IMG/VR virus record: IMGVR_UViG_3300025898_000004
Coordinates: 30,452 to 94,451 of that record
DNA: 64,000 nucleotides
Reading direction: 5' to 3' (one strand)
Origin: a virus
Lineage: Duplodnaviria; Heunggongvirae; Uroviricota; Caudoviricetes
In this document: piece after piece, positions 16,042 through 25,120 of the stretch
How the letters are laid out: each line of letters begins with the position of its first letter
Numbering within the stretch: the stretch's first letter is position 1
The notes under the pieces: generated by a model
What the model saw: only the letters and a program-made list of their open reading frames with translations
Database searches by the model: none
Told to the model about the DNA's origin: nothing
Made by a program: the position numbers and the translations under genes

Positions 16042-16242
16042 ATGAAGGCCGACCAGCTGGCCGCCCTGTTGAAGAGGGCTATTAGCGAAGGCAAATATTC
16101 TTCGGGGGACAAGTTGCCCAGCGAATCCCAGCTCAGCCGCACACATGGGATGTCCGTACACACCGTGCGGGAGGCCCTGTCTCAGCTGGTGGGCCAGAAT
16201 CTCGTGGTGAAGCGCAAGGCGTTCGGCACGTACGTTAAGTGA
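16042..16242 (+). CDS. GntR-family winged-HTH domain protein (67 aa; 'LPSESQLSRTHGMSVHTVREALSQL'), divergent from the translocase operon
   Basis: HTH signature read from ORF 15889..16242; ATG 16042 with 'agggag' RBS. Confidence 0.55.
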   Translation: MKADQLAALLKRAISEGKYSSGDKLPSESQLSRTHGMSVHTVREALSQLVGQNLVVKRKAFGTYVK

Positions 16243-16254
16243 CCGTTGGCGCGA

Positions 16255-16294
16255 CAATACCCCCGACCGGGTGAACTTCGGTCGGGGGTATTGT
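16255..16294. terminator. 15-bp hairpin acaataccccgaccg/cggtcgggggtattgt (bidirectional)
   Basis: Seen directly between convergent genes. Confidence 0.65.
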
Positions 16295-16302
16295 CATCGC
16301 AG

Positions 16303-16506
16303 TCACTCGACGAAGAGGCGACCCTTCTTGGCGTCGTAGCCGACGACCTTCTTTTTGAGAAGGCACGTGTTGATCTTGATCTTCGTTCCCAGGTTGGGCC
16401 GCGCGTGCGGCCACTCGCCCAGCCACTTGCCATTCTCGCCGTTCTGCCACACGCTCCAATATTCGCGTTCGTTGGCGTCGGCTCCGGCGGTCGGGAAGTT
16501 GGACAT
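16303..16506 (-). CDS. hypothetical protein (67 aa)
   Basis: ORF track; 'aaccaaggagg' RBS. Confidence 0.5.
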   Translation of the reverse strand: MSNFPTAGADANEREYWSVWQNGENGKWLGEWPHARPNLGTKIKINTCLLKKKVVGYDAKKGRLFVE

Positions 16507-16543
16507 TCATCCTCCTTGGTTGACGACACCGATACTACAGGAG

Positions 16544-16578
16544 TTGACATCCCGTGGCAAGTCGAGTCCGATACACTT
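16544..16578 (+). promoter_or_regulatory. promoter with TTGACA in 'GGAGTTGACATCCCGTG' motif
   Basis: ttgaca 16544-16549; -10 candidates tccgat or tacact. Confidence 0.4.
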
Positions 16579-16585
16579 AGTGATC

Positions 16586-16765
16586 ATGCGCGGACACTAC
16601 GAAATCACCCTCGAAGAGGGAACCGACGGCCTGTGGCGGGCCTACCGCCTCATTGCCTCACCGCCGTTCACCACCGGAACCGGCACGACGCTCCGTGACG
16701 CCTTGGACGAGTTGGCCATCCAGCTCGAACGGGAACGCCAGGAACACGACAACGCCCCCCACTGA
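16586..16765 (+). CDS. small protein (59 aa), possibly HicB-like antitoxin fold
   Basis: ATG 16586 in ORF 16355..16765; 'YEITLEEGTDGLWRAYRL...TGTTLRDALDEL' pattern; weak. Confidence 0.35.
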   Translation: MRGHYEITLEEGTDGLWRAYRLIASPPFTTGTGTTLRDALDELAIQLERERQEHDNAPH

Positions 16766-16854
16766 CGTGAGGGGCGTTGTCCACCAAGGAGTCCCGTCTA
16801 CCAGAAACCGGAAGGCTGGGAGTACCCACAACTGTAGGTGATCGGTAACCGTTT

Positions 16855-17805
16855 GTGCAACATGCACGGATCGTGATGCGAAACGGTCGCAGAACGGGCA
16901 ATCATCAGTGCAGACTGGCAACTGTGAACACCGTACACCTGTGCGCGGCCGGATGTGGTCGCCAAGCATCCGATGCTGAACTGTGCGGCGCATTCCACGG
17001 TGGTGTCTGGACTGGGTGCCTGGGTGACATCCTCACCGACCTGCGCACCGTGTGTGAACAGGCTGTCGACGAGCATGGAATGCCCGTCCGAAACCTCGCG
17101 GACGAACTGACCGTCACCTTCACCCGCTCGAACCGCACCACGGCCGCCCGTGTCGGCGGCCGTTCCGCCGGCACTCCGTTGCCGTGGCATGAGGCCGCCG
17201 CTGATGCCACGTTCCGTCTGCGTTCAGCGCTAGGAACGTGGGCTTCGCGTCTTCACCTGGCGTATTCGCCGCGCCTTCCGGACCCGACCGACCCGACTGG
17301 TTACTTTCAGCCACCGCCCGATTACACCGCTGATGTGCGGTCGCTGGCCGCGTGGCTTCTGCGCCATCCGCTGTGGATCGCACAACACCCAGAAGCCGGG
17401 GACCTCCACGCCACCGTGACCGGTGCCGTGCGGGACGCGTGGCGTGTTGTCGACCGCGCTCCCGACCGTTGGTACGCCGGCCCGTGCTCCGTGAAGGACT
17501 GCGCCGGACACGTGTTCGGGGATCCCGACGCGCCAGCCGGCTCGTGCACCGTGTGCCGCGCCACATACGACATGGCGGCCCGGCGCGCGTTCCTGTTCGA
17601 ACGCGCCAGGGACTACGTGCTCAGCGCGGCGGAGTTGTCCCGGGCGCTCCCTGTGCTGTTCGGCGTGACCGTGAACCGGAAAACGGTTTCCACGTGGGCG
17701 AACCGGGGCCTGTTGCCGGTGGCGGACGTGGACGACCGGACCGGGACACGCTTGTACCGGCTAGGTGACGTGGAGAACCTTGTCCTGCTGAAGATTGGCG
17801 CGTAG
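16855..17805 (+). CDS. hypothetical protein (316 aa), Cys-rich N-terminus, C-terminal HTH-like segment
   Basis: ORF track; start uncertain. Confidence 0.45.
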   Translation: MQHARIVMRNGRRTGNHQCRLATVNTVHLCAAGCGRQASDAELCGAFHGGVWTGCLGDILTDLRTVCEQAVDEHGMPVRNLADELTVTFTRSNRTTAARVGGRSAGTPLPWHEAAADATFRLRSALGTWASRLHLAYSPRLPDPTDPTGYFQPPPDYTADVRSLAAWLLRHPLWIAQHPEAGDLHATVTGAVRDAWRVVDRAPDRWYAGPCSVKDCAGHVFGDPDAPAGSCTVCRATYDMAARRAFLFERARDYVLSAAELSRALPVLFGVTVNRKTVSTWANRGLLPVADVDDRTGTRLYRLGDVENLVLLKIGA

Positions 17806-17864
17806 TCGCGGTCATATGGTTGAATCCATGTCAGTTGCGGCAGAGCTGTGTCTTGGGGGTGATC

Positions 17865-18212
17865 ATGCCCCCTGAGATCCCGCATCCCAGACACTTTCTC
17901 CCTCCGTCCAAGTGGGACGACTGGGTGGCTGATCGACTCGTGACCGTGTTCGGCTCCACCTGGACCACGGCCGTGTTCGTCGCCGTTCCGCTTCTCGCGC
18001 TTTTGCTGCCGACCGAAACGCAACAGGTCGTGTTCTTCCTCGCGTCCGGCTGGATTCAACTGTGGGCGCTGCCCCTGTTGAACTACGCGCAGAACAAAGC
18101 TGATGTGATGCGGTCCGCGAAAGCCGATGCCGACCACCAGTCGCTTGTCTCGTTGCACACCGCACTTCAGGAACTCAGCACCAAACTCGACGATCTTATT
18201 GCGGGTCGCTAA
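17865..18212 (+). CDS. membrane protein (about 115 aa, two TM helices)
   Basis: ATG 17865 with 'gggggtga' RBS in ORF 17820..18212. Confidence 0.45.
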   Translation: MPPEIPHPRHFLPPSKWDDWVADRLVTVFGSTWTTAVFVAVPLLALLLPTETQQVVFFLASGWIQLWALPLLNYAQNKADVMRSAKADADHQSLVSLHTALQELSTKLDDLIAGR

Positions 18213-18271
18213 CCATTTTCTCCCGTTCGGTTCTCGGCGCAGGATCGGACGGGCCCAAGGAGGAGAACATC

Positions 18272-18850
18272 ATGGCCGGTGAATTGTGCGGCGGTGAACT
18301 CCGGGGCAAAGACGACGACGGTAACCGTCGAATCGGCACTTGCCGCCGGCCCGCCGGATGGGGAACCAATCACGTTGGTGTCGGCCGGTGCAAACTCCAC
18401 TTCGGTAACACCCGCGAATCGAACAACAAGGCCGTTGAGGTCAAGTTTGAACGCGCGGTAAAAACCGCTATCGGCAAACTCGAAATCACGCCGATTATGG
18501 ATCCGCTCACCGAAATGGCAAACCTGGCCGGTGAAGTCGTCGCCTGGAAAGACGCCATCGCCAACCACGTGTCGTTCCTCGAAGACATCCGCTACGACGG
18601 CGAGAAGTCCGGGGAACAGATCCGAGGCGAAATCGTCGTGTTCGAACGCGCCCTTGACCGGTGCAACACGGTGCTAGCCACAATGGCAAAACTGAACATC
18701 GACGAACGCCTTGCCCAGGTGTCGGAAATGCAGGCCACAATGGTGGCGGACGCCCTGTCGGCCGTGCTCCGCGAGATGGGCTTGGACCTGACTCAACAGC
18801 GGGAGGCGAAGACCCGTGTTGCGGAAAAGCTTCGCCTTGTCGCTGGCTGA
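18272..18850 (+). CDS. terminase small subunit candidate (N-terminal Cys cluster, helical C-terminus)
   Basis: Position immediately upstream of and overlapping TerL; RBS 'cccaaggaggagaacatc'. Confidence 0.55.
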   Translation: MAGELCGGELRGKDDDGNRRIGTCRRPAGWGTNHVGVGRCKLHFGNTRESNNKAVEVKFERAVKTAIGKLEITPIMDPLTEMANLAGEVVAWKDAIANHVSFLEDIRYDGEKSGEQIRGEIVVFERALDRCNTVLATMAKLNIDERLAQVSEMQATMVADALSAVLREMGLDLTQQREAKTRVAEKLRLVAG

Positions 18851-20360
18851 AAGGCTTGATCCGCCCGACCCGGAAGTGTTCCAGAAACTCGGATACGTTC
18901 CGACACCGCGACAGCAAGAATTCCACGAGGCAACAGAATTCGCGGTGCTTTACGGCGGGGCAGTCGGTGGGGGAAAAACCAAAGCGCTTGTGGCTGAGGG
19001 GATCAAGCAATGCGTTTTGCATCCCGGTTTGCGCGTGGGCGCTTTCCGACGCTCCTACCCCGAACTCAAGGAATCCATGCTGGCCGAATTGGCGCAAATG
19101 GATTTCGCCAAGGCTGTTGGTGCGTCGTGGAACGGCACGGAATACGACCTGAAGTTTCCCAACGGGTCGATCATCATGTTCCGGTATGCCGAAAACGTGC
19201 AGGACGCCACGAAACGCCAGGGTGGACAGTACCAACTCCTGTTGTTCGATGAGCGCACTCTCACCCCACCCGAAGTGTGCGTGTTCCTGGAATCCCGGCT
19301 CCGGTCCGGTCGCGCCGACGTTCCCGTGATCGGGGTCCGCTCCGGAACGAACCCGGGCGGAGTCGGACACGGCGACGTCAAAATGAAATACATCGACGCC
19401 ACCGACAACGGGAAGAAAATCGTTCTCGACGCCCGTAGGCGCACCGTGCGGTTCATTCCGTCGAAGCTGTCGGACAACCCGCACGTCAACGCCGAGTACG
19501 CCGACGACCTTCGGGGCCTCCCCGAACACCTTCGCCGCGCCTTCCTGGACGGCGACTGGAACATGTTTGCCGGTCAGGTGTTCTCAGAGTGGGGCACCGG
19601 GGAGCGATTCACCGTGCGCCCGATGTCGATCCCGGACACATGGAAGCGCTACACGGGCGTCGACTGGGGCTACACCGCGCCGTGGGCCGTGGTGTGGGGC
19701 GCGGTGGACGAAGACGGCCGTGTGTGGATCTACCGGGAGCTGTACGCCCGCCAGGTTGGCGAAGCCGAACAGGCCCGCCAGATCCTTGCTGCCGAAGCCG
19801 GAGAGCCCATCTGCGAGCGGTTCGCCGACGACGCCATGTGGGCGACGCGGGGCGACGCGAAGCCGATCGCGGACGTGTACGCGGACAACGGTGTGTACCT
19901 GTCCAAGGCCGGCAAGGGCGGGGGGTCCCGCGTCAACGGGTGGCAGCGCATCCACAGCTACCTCACCGACGCCCCAGCGTGCCCGCACCACCGCGCGATG
20001 GGCTGGAAGACCTGCCCGAACCTGCACGTGTTCGACACGTGCGCGAACTTTCTGCGCACTATTCCGGCGCTGCCGCACGCTAAGACCGGTGACCCGGAAG
20101 ATGTCGACACCAACGCGGATGACCACATTGCGGACGCGTTGCGCTACATGCTGGTAAACATGGGTTCCGGACCGGAATTCATGATGGTGGACTCCGCTGT
20201 GAGTGCCGTGGTCGACTCGATCCCGGCCGCTCAACCAATCGGGCCGTTCGCTTACATCCCGCGTGATGATGACAATCCGTACACATACGATGATTACGGC
20301 GGGGAGGTGAACATGCCATGGGGTTTTGGGAGCGGGTTTTCGGCCGGGAATCGATGGTAA
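18816..20360 (+). CDS. terminase large subunit (Walker A 'GGAVGGGKT', nuclease C-terminus)
   Basis: ORF track 514 aa; GTG start with RBS 'gggagg'; TerL motifs. Confidence 0.85.
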   Translation: MLRKSFALSLAERLDPPDPEVFQKLGYVPTPRQQEFHEATEFAVLYGGAVGGGKTKALVAEGIKQCVLHPGLRVGAFRRSYPELKESMLAELAQMDFAKAVGASWNGTEYDLKFPNGSIIMFRYAENVQDATKRQGGQYQLLLFDERTLTPPEVCVFLESRLRSGRADVPVIGVRSGTNPGGVGHGDVKMKYIDATDNGKKIVLDARRRTVRFIPSKLSDNPHVNAEYADDLRGLPEHLRRAFLDGDWNMFAGQVFSEWGTGERFTVRPMSIPDTWKRYTGVDWGYTAPWAVVWGAVDEDGRVWIYRELYARQVGEAEQARQILAAEAGEPICERFADDAMWATRGDAKPIADVYADNGVYLSKAGKGGGSRVNGWQRIHSYLTDAPACPHHRAMGWKTCPNLHVFDTCANFLRTIPALPHAKTGDPEDVDTNADDHIADALRYMLVNMGSGPEFMMVDSAVSAVVDSIPAAQPIGPFAYIPRDDDNPYTYDDYGGEVNMPWGFGSGFSAGNRW

Positions 20361-21916
20361 TCGAGGAAGCGGCCAAGAGTAGCGATAATTTTGATCCCAC
20401 GAAGACGCCAACTCGCGCCGGATACGAATACGGTATTCCGTCCGGTGGTATCAACGAATACACCCAGGGCATCGGATCCGCCACCCAAACTGACCGCCGG
20501 TCCATGCTTCAACAGCTCTATGAGGCGTACCTGGCGTGTCCGTGGAGTTGGGCGTGTGTGAACGCCGTCGCGCGCACCATCACCGCCGGTGGTCTGATGA
20601 CGGACTGGGACACCGACACTGGGGAAGGCGACCAGGAAGCCCCTGACAAGCCGGACAACGTGTTGGCCCTGGAACGGCTGCTCAAGTACTGCAACCCGCA
20701 AGAGGACATGCGTCAGCTGTTGCGGGGCATCATCTGTGACTTGTTGGTGTTCGGTGACGCCTACATTGAAGTCGTGTGGGTCGCCGGGATCCCGGTGTCC
20801 ATGTACAGCCTGGACGCCCCATCCGTGTTTCCCATCGCGAACGAGCATGGTGAAGTCAGCAAGTATATTCAGCTCACCGATTTCGGCCAGCGCGCCGAAT
20901 TCAAGCCAAACGAGATCATTCATATCTCTTTGGACTCGCCGCGTTCCGGCGTGTTCGGCGTGTCTCCGACGCAAGCCGGTTTGTTGCCGATCACGGCGTG
21001 GCTGTTCACGGCCGCCACGCTCAAGGAGACGTTCCGCAAGGGCAATCCGGCGAACATTCATGTGGACATGCCGCAGGGCATGAGCCAGCCGGAAATGAAC
21101 CGGTGGGTCGGGCAATACATGCAACGCAATGTCGGCCCTCGCAACATCGGTTTCCCGCTGACGACCAAGGGTGGCGCGGCGGTCAAGGAGTTGCAGCAGA
21201 ACAAGGTGGAAGAGTATTTGCACACGCTCGACCAGAAGCGTGATGAAATCCTCGCCACCTATGGTGTGCCGCCAGCCGAAGCGGGTGTTATCGAATCGGG
21301 GAACCTGGGTGGCGGTACGGGTGAATCTCAGAGGAAAACGTTCCTTGTCAACACCTGTCAGCCTATCGCGGAACTGGTTCTGGAGAAGCTTAACTTCTAT
21401 ATCGTTCAGCGTGGCTTCGGTATCGAGGGCTGGCACCTGAAGTTCGGCGAAATCGACATGCGTGACTCCAAGACGATCGAGGACATCCGGGACACGCGCC
21501 TCCGGAACGGATCCTGGACGCTGGACCGTTACCGCGCCGACATCGGAGAACCATCCGTGGACGGTGGAGACACCGCCATCCTGGTCGATCGCCAAAACCT
21601 GGTGTTGTGGCGGGACATGGTCGCCTACTCCCGTGCCGGAGTCGCCGCGAAGCTCAAGGGCTCCGCGCTCGAACCGATGGAGCCGGGCGAGGATGACGAG
21701 CCGTTGGCGTTGGAGAAGCCGGAGAAGGAGCCACCGCCGATGCTGCCGCCGATCCCGAACGGGGTCGGAATGCCGGCACCGCCGGGCGCACCACCAGCCG
21801 GCCCGGCCGGGCGCACACCACCTGGTCAACGTCCACCGCGCGAGACGTGGCAACAGCGTTACCGGACGCGGTTGCGGGAAGCGCTGAAAGAACTCCCCGA
21901 TGACTTCGCCGAGTGA
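20318..21916 (+). CDS. portal protein
   Basis: 532-aa ORF directly after TerL; typical size and position. Confidence 0.8.
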   Translation: MGFWERVFGRESMVIEEAAKSSDNFDPTKTPTRAGYEYGIPSGGINEYTQGIGSATQTDRRSMLQQLYEAYLACPWSWACVNAVARTITAGGLMTDWDTDTGEGDQEAPDKPDNVLALERLLKYCNPQEDMRQLLRGIICDLLVFGDAYIEVVWVAGIPVSMYSLDAPSVFPIANEHGEVSKYIQLTDFGQRAEFKPNEIIHISLDSPRSGVFGVSPTQAGLLPITAWLFTAATLKETFRKGNPANIHVDMPQGMSQPEMNRWVGQYMQRNVGPRNIGFPLTTKGGAAVKELQQNKVEEYLHTLDQKRDEILATYGVPPAEAGVIESGNLGGGTGESQRKTFLVNTCQPIAELVLEKLNFYIVQRGFGIEGWHLKFGEIDMRDSKTIEDIRDTRLRNGSWTLDRYRADIGEPSVDGGDTAILVDRQNLVLWRDMVAYSRAGVAAKLKGSALEPMEPGEDDEPLALEKPEKEPPPMLPPIPNGVGMPAPPGAPPAGPAGRTPPGQRPPRETWQQRYRTRLREALKELPDDFAE

Positions 21917-22079
21917 ACCGGAGCCGTCGGAACACCCAGCCTCGGGCGTTCCGACGGCCCCAGAACCTGACGACATCCCCGATGGGCCGCTGACTGCCGA
22001 CAAGGTGAAGGCGCTCATTCCGAAGGTCGTGGACTAGGGGGCTGGTGATCGTGAACAGCACTCAGAACGGATAACCACG

Positions 22080-23501
22080 ATGCCACTTCCCAACGATGTT
22101 CCCTTGGTGACTATCAACGGTGATATCCGCAATCCCGTGACCGGCAACCCGGCCGTGGGAGCCGTGACGTTCTCGAACCCGTCCATGTTGCGTGACTCCG
22201 TGAGCAATGTGTTGCTGGGTACCACCGTGTACCGGGTGCCTTTGGTGAGCGGCCTGTTTACCGTGGCGTTGCCAGCGACCGATTACAGCGGAATCAGCCC
22301 TCAGAACTGGGTGTGGACCGCTGAGGTAGCCACGGACGCCGGAAGCGATCTGTTCCAGTTCAGTTTGCCGTCCACTCCCGCGACGGTGAGTTTCAGCAGT
22401 CTGGTTCCGGTCACCACGCCACCCACGGTGCTTCAGTACATTCCGATCACCCAGAAGGGTGTGGCGAATGGGATTGCCACGCTGGGATCCGACGGGATCC
22501 TGAGCGTGGCTCAGCGGCCGGCGGCCGGAGCGGGAACCGTCACCTCAGTGTCTAATGTGGACGGCACGATCGTTGTCACTGGAACCCCCACGGTCGCCCC
22601 AGTCGTGTCGGTCGGAACCATCGCCGAATCTCAGGTTGCCAACCTGTCAACTGATCTCGCCGCGAAGGTGCCAATCACGCGCACCATCACCGCCGGAACC
22701 GGACTGACCGGCGGTGGAGACCTCACGGCGAACCGTACGCTGACCGTGTCCTACGGCACCACCGCTGGAACCTCCGCACAGGGCAATGATTCCCGCGTCA
22801 CAGGCGCTGTGCAGGCGTCCACCGCAACCGCCAAGGGTGATCTCCTGGTGGCCACGGCCGCATCCACGGTTACCCGGGAAGGAGTCGGCACAGACGGACA
22901 GATCCTGATGGCCGACTCCACGCAAACCACGGGTGTCAAGTGGGGAAGTATCAACGCTGGCACAGTGTTTCCGCTGTCCGGCTACGGTTTGCTTACGGCG
23001 TCCGACGAGCCCGCGTTCTTCCAGAACCCTAGTCCGTTGTCCAACGGCACGGTGTTCGGCGCGCGGTGCTGGGTGCCGGCGAACACCGCCCTGTCCACAC
23101 TCACGGCCGCCGTCCGAACCGGTGGCACGTACTCCGCGTCCGCTGTGCCTAACCAGTTGGGCATCTACGACGACACCGGGGCACAGCTACAGGTCACAGT
23201 CAACGACAACACGTTGTGGACCACCGCCGGATGGGCTTCTCGCTCCATCACCACGGTTGCGGCGCAGACTGCCGGCCGGTTCGTGTACATCCTCTATATT
23301 TTGGGAGGGTTCACGGGGGTTGTGGTGCCGTATGCGTTGGGGGCCAACGATTCCGACGCGCCATGGCTGGCGTTTGGCGTGTCCAACGCGGGCAACAAAC
23401 GGTGTTTTTACCTGAACGGTCAGACCGCGTTGCCGGCGTCGTTCAATCCGGCCACCGTGGGAACGTCAACAGGATTCATTCCCTTGGTGGGCGCGTACTG
23501 A
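22080..23501 (+). CDS. tail-fiber-like / minor-tail-like protein (repeat motif 'ITAGTGLTGGGDLTANRTLTV')
   Basis: ORF track 473 aa; fiber-type repeat motif; unusual position between portal and MuF genes. Confidence 0.5.
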   Translation: MPLPNDVPLVTINGDIRNPVTGNPAVGAVTFSNPSMLRDSVSNVLLGTTVYRVPLVSGLFTVALPATDYSGISPQNWVWTAEVATDAGSDLFQFSLPSTPATVSFSSLVPVTTPPTVLQYIPITQKGVANGIATLGSDGILSVAQRPAAGAGTVTSVSNVDGTIVVTGTPTVAPVVSVGTIAESQVANLSTDLAAKVPITRTITAGTGLTGGGDLTANRTLTVSYGTTAGTSAQGNDSRVTGAVQASTATAKGDLLVATAASTVTREGVGTDGQILMADSTQTTGVKWGSINAGTVFPLSGYGLLTASDEPAFFQNPSPLSNGTVFGARCWVPANTALSTLTAAVRTGGTYSASAVPNQLGIYDDTGAQLQVTVNDNTLWTTAGWASRSITTVAAQTAGRFVYILYILGGFTGVVVPYALGANDSDAPWLAFGVSNAGNKRCFYLNGQTALPASFNPATVGTSTGFIPLVGAY

Positions 23502-23510
23502 GGGGGTCTC

Positions 23511-24515
23511 ATGAACGGGATTGCCGCCGCGTTGCGTGAGACGTTCGCCCACGGGTGGGCGGCCAGCGGTGGCCCGATGACTCCTCGTGTGCGGGAAGCG
23601 TGCCGGGTCGCGGTCGCCATGGGGTGCGAGCATCCCGATGGGGACGTTTTTGAGGTGACCCTGAAACTGGGAAGCCTCGAAGGCACTTGGGCCAAGGTGT
23701 ACGACCGGCGGGAAGTGTTGTACGTCAAGCACATTGAGGCCGTGACGGACGCATGGCGGCCGATCGTCGATGATCTTCCGATCGTTGACGCGGTCACCCG
23801 CTTCCGCCACGCGTCCAGCATCGGCGAGCCATCCGAGTCCATTAAGGACTGGCTGGCCGCCGCCGCCGCACAGGGGCGCTGGCTACTCCACCGCATCACC
23901 GAAAGTTTCACCAACAGCAAAGTGGCGAAACTGGTTGCCGCGTTGGTTGCCGCGCTCAAGGACGGCATGGCCGAAGGTGAAGCCGGGGCAATTGCTCTTG
24001 CCGCACAAGAGATCCACATCCTTGGTATCGACTTCGACATCGCCTTCAAAGACGCGTGGAACGCGCTGGAAAAGCTGGGCGAGTTCGAAGGCGACGCACG
24101 CGGGTGGCTCAGCCGGATCCTGGACGGCATGGCATCAGACGTGGGTCGCACCCTGGCACGACTGGCCGAACAGGGAGCAACCGCGCAAGAGATGGTGTCG
24201 GCAGTCCAGGAACTGTTGACAGACAAGGACATTCGCGCCATCGAAACCCTGGTCGACATGGCTATGGGGCAGAGTTTCGCACGCGGAACGCTCGCCCTGT
24301 ACGCCCGCCAAGGCGTGCGGCAAGTCGACTTTTTCACCGCCGGTGACACCCGCGTGTGCGTCGTCTGCGACACGTTCGAGAAGCACTCGCCGTACGCGTT
24401 GGTGGAAGCACCACACCCAAGCATCCACCCGTTTTGTCGGTGCACTCTTGTTGCCACACAACCACTTCAGGCGTTGGACTTCACGCCCTACCTTCCAAAG
24501 GAGGTCACGCCGTGA
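23511..24515 (+). CDS. MuF-like head morphogenesis / minor capsid protein
   Basis: Position after portal; 334 aa; RBS 'gaggggg'. Confidence 0.6.
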   Translation: MNGIAAALRETFAHGWAASGGPMTPRVREACRVAVAMGCEHPDGDVFEVTLKLGSLEGTWAKVYDRREVLYVKHIEAVTDAWRPIVDDLPIVDAVTRFRHASSIGEPSESIKDWLAAAAAQGRWLLHRITESFTNSKVAKLVAALVAALKDGMAEGEAGAIALAAQEIHILGIDFDIAFKDAWNALEKLGEFEGDARGWLSRILDGMASDVGRTLARLAEQGATAQEMVSAVQELLTDKDIRAIETLVDMAMGQSFARGTLALYARQGVRQVDFFTAGDTRVCVVCDTFEKHSPYALVEAPHPSIHPFCRCTLVATQPLQALDFTPYLPKEVTP

Positions 24516-24940
24516 CGCTCAACCCTGTGATCACACTGGTTGATCAGAACGGATTGCCCACCCAGTCGGCCGCGACCACGTTGCTTGTGGTTCCGTCGGC
24601 CGCGTACACGACAGCGAACACGGGAACAGCGTTCTCCACCAGCAACATCACCTATCTTGCGGTGGACATGAATGTCACCGCGTTGACCGGCGGCACCAGT
24701 CCGGCCGTCAACTTCTTCGTCCAACGGCTGGGAGCCGATGGAGTGTGGTACCTGGTTTCCAGCCTGCCGGCCATCTCGACCGTGTCCACCGTGACGTTCG
24801 ACATGGGACCGGGATTCGCGTCCACCGGGCTCCCCAACGGAACGCAGCACGCGGTGTTCACCACACAGGCGCGGTTCGGGTGGACCTTCACCGGCTCACC
24901 CACGTCGGTCACGTTCTCCGCGTCGGTGGTGGGCCGGTGA
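24513..24940 (+). CDS. hypothetical structural-region protein (142 aa, GTG start)
   Basis: RBS 'aaggagg' before GTG; in frame of ORF 24356..24940. Confidence 0.45.
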
Positions 24941-25120
24941 CCCGCGTCGCCGGACACCCGGCCGATCAACATGCGGACGCGGACGGGTTCGTGGCCGCGT
25001 TGCTCGAAGCGCTCGAAGTGCCAGAGGTGAAGATGGCCGTCTTGCGGATCGTGGGGCGGGCGCAACAGTCCAGCACAACCACACTGGCACGCGGCCAGCG
25101 CGTCAGGAAGTGAGGATGCC

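Noticed and set aside
15889-16242. Longer 117-aa version of the GntR ORF
   Set aside because: Would overlap the minus-strand DUF2637 gene start; HTH domain begins after ATG 16042, which has an RBS.
20294-22018. 574-aa minus-strand ORF
   Set aside because: Antisense to the portal gene.
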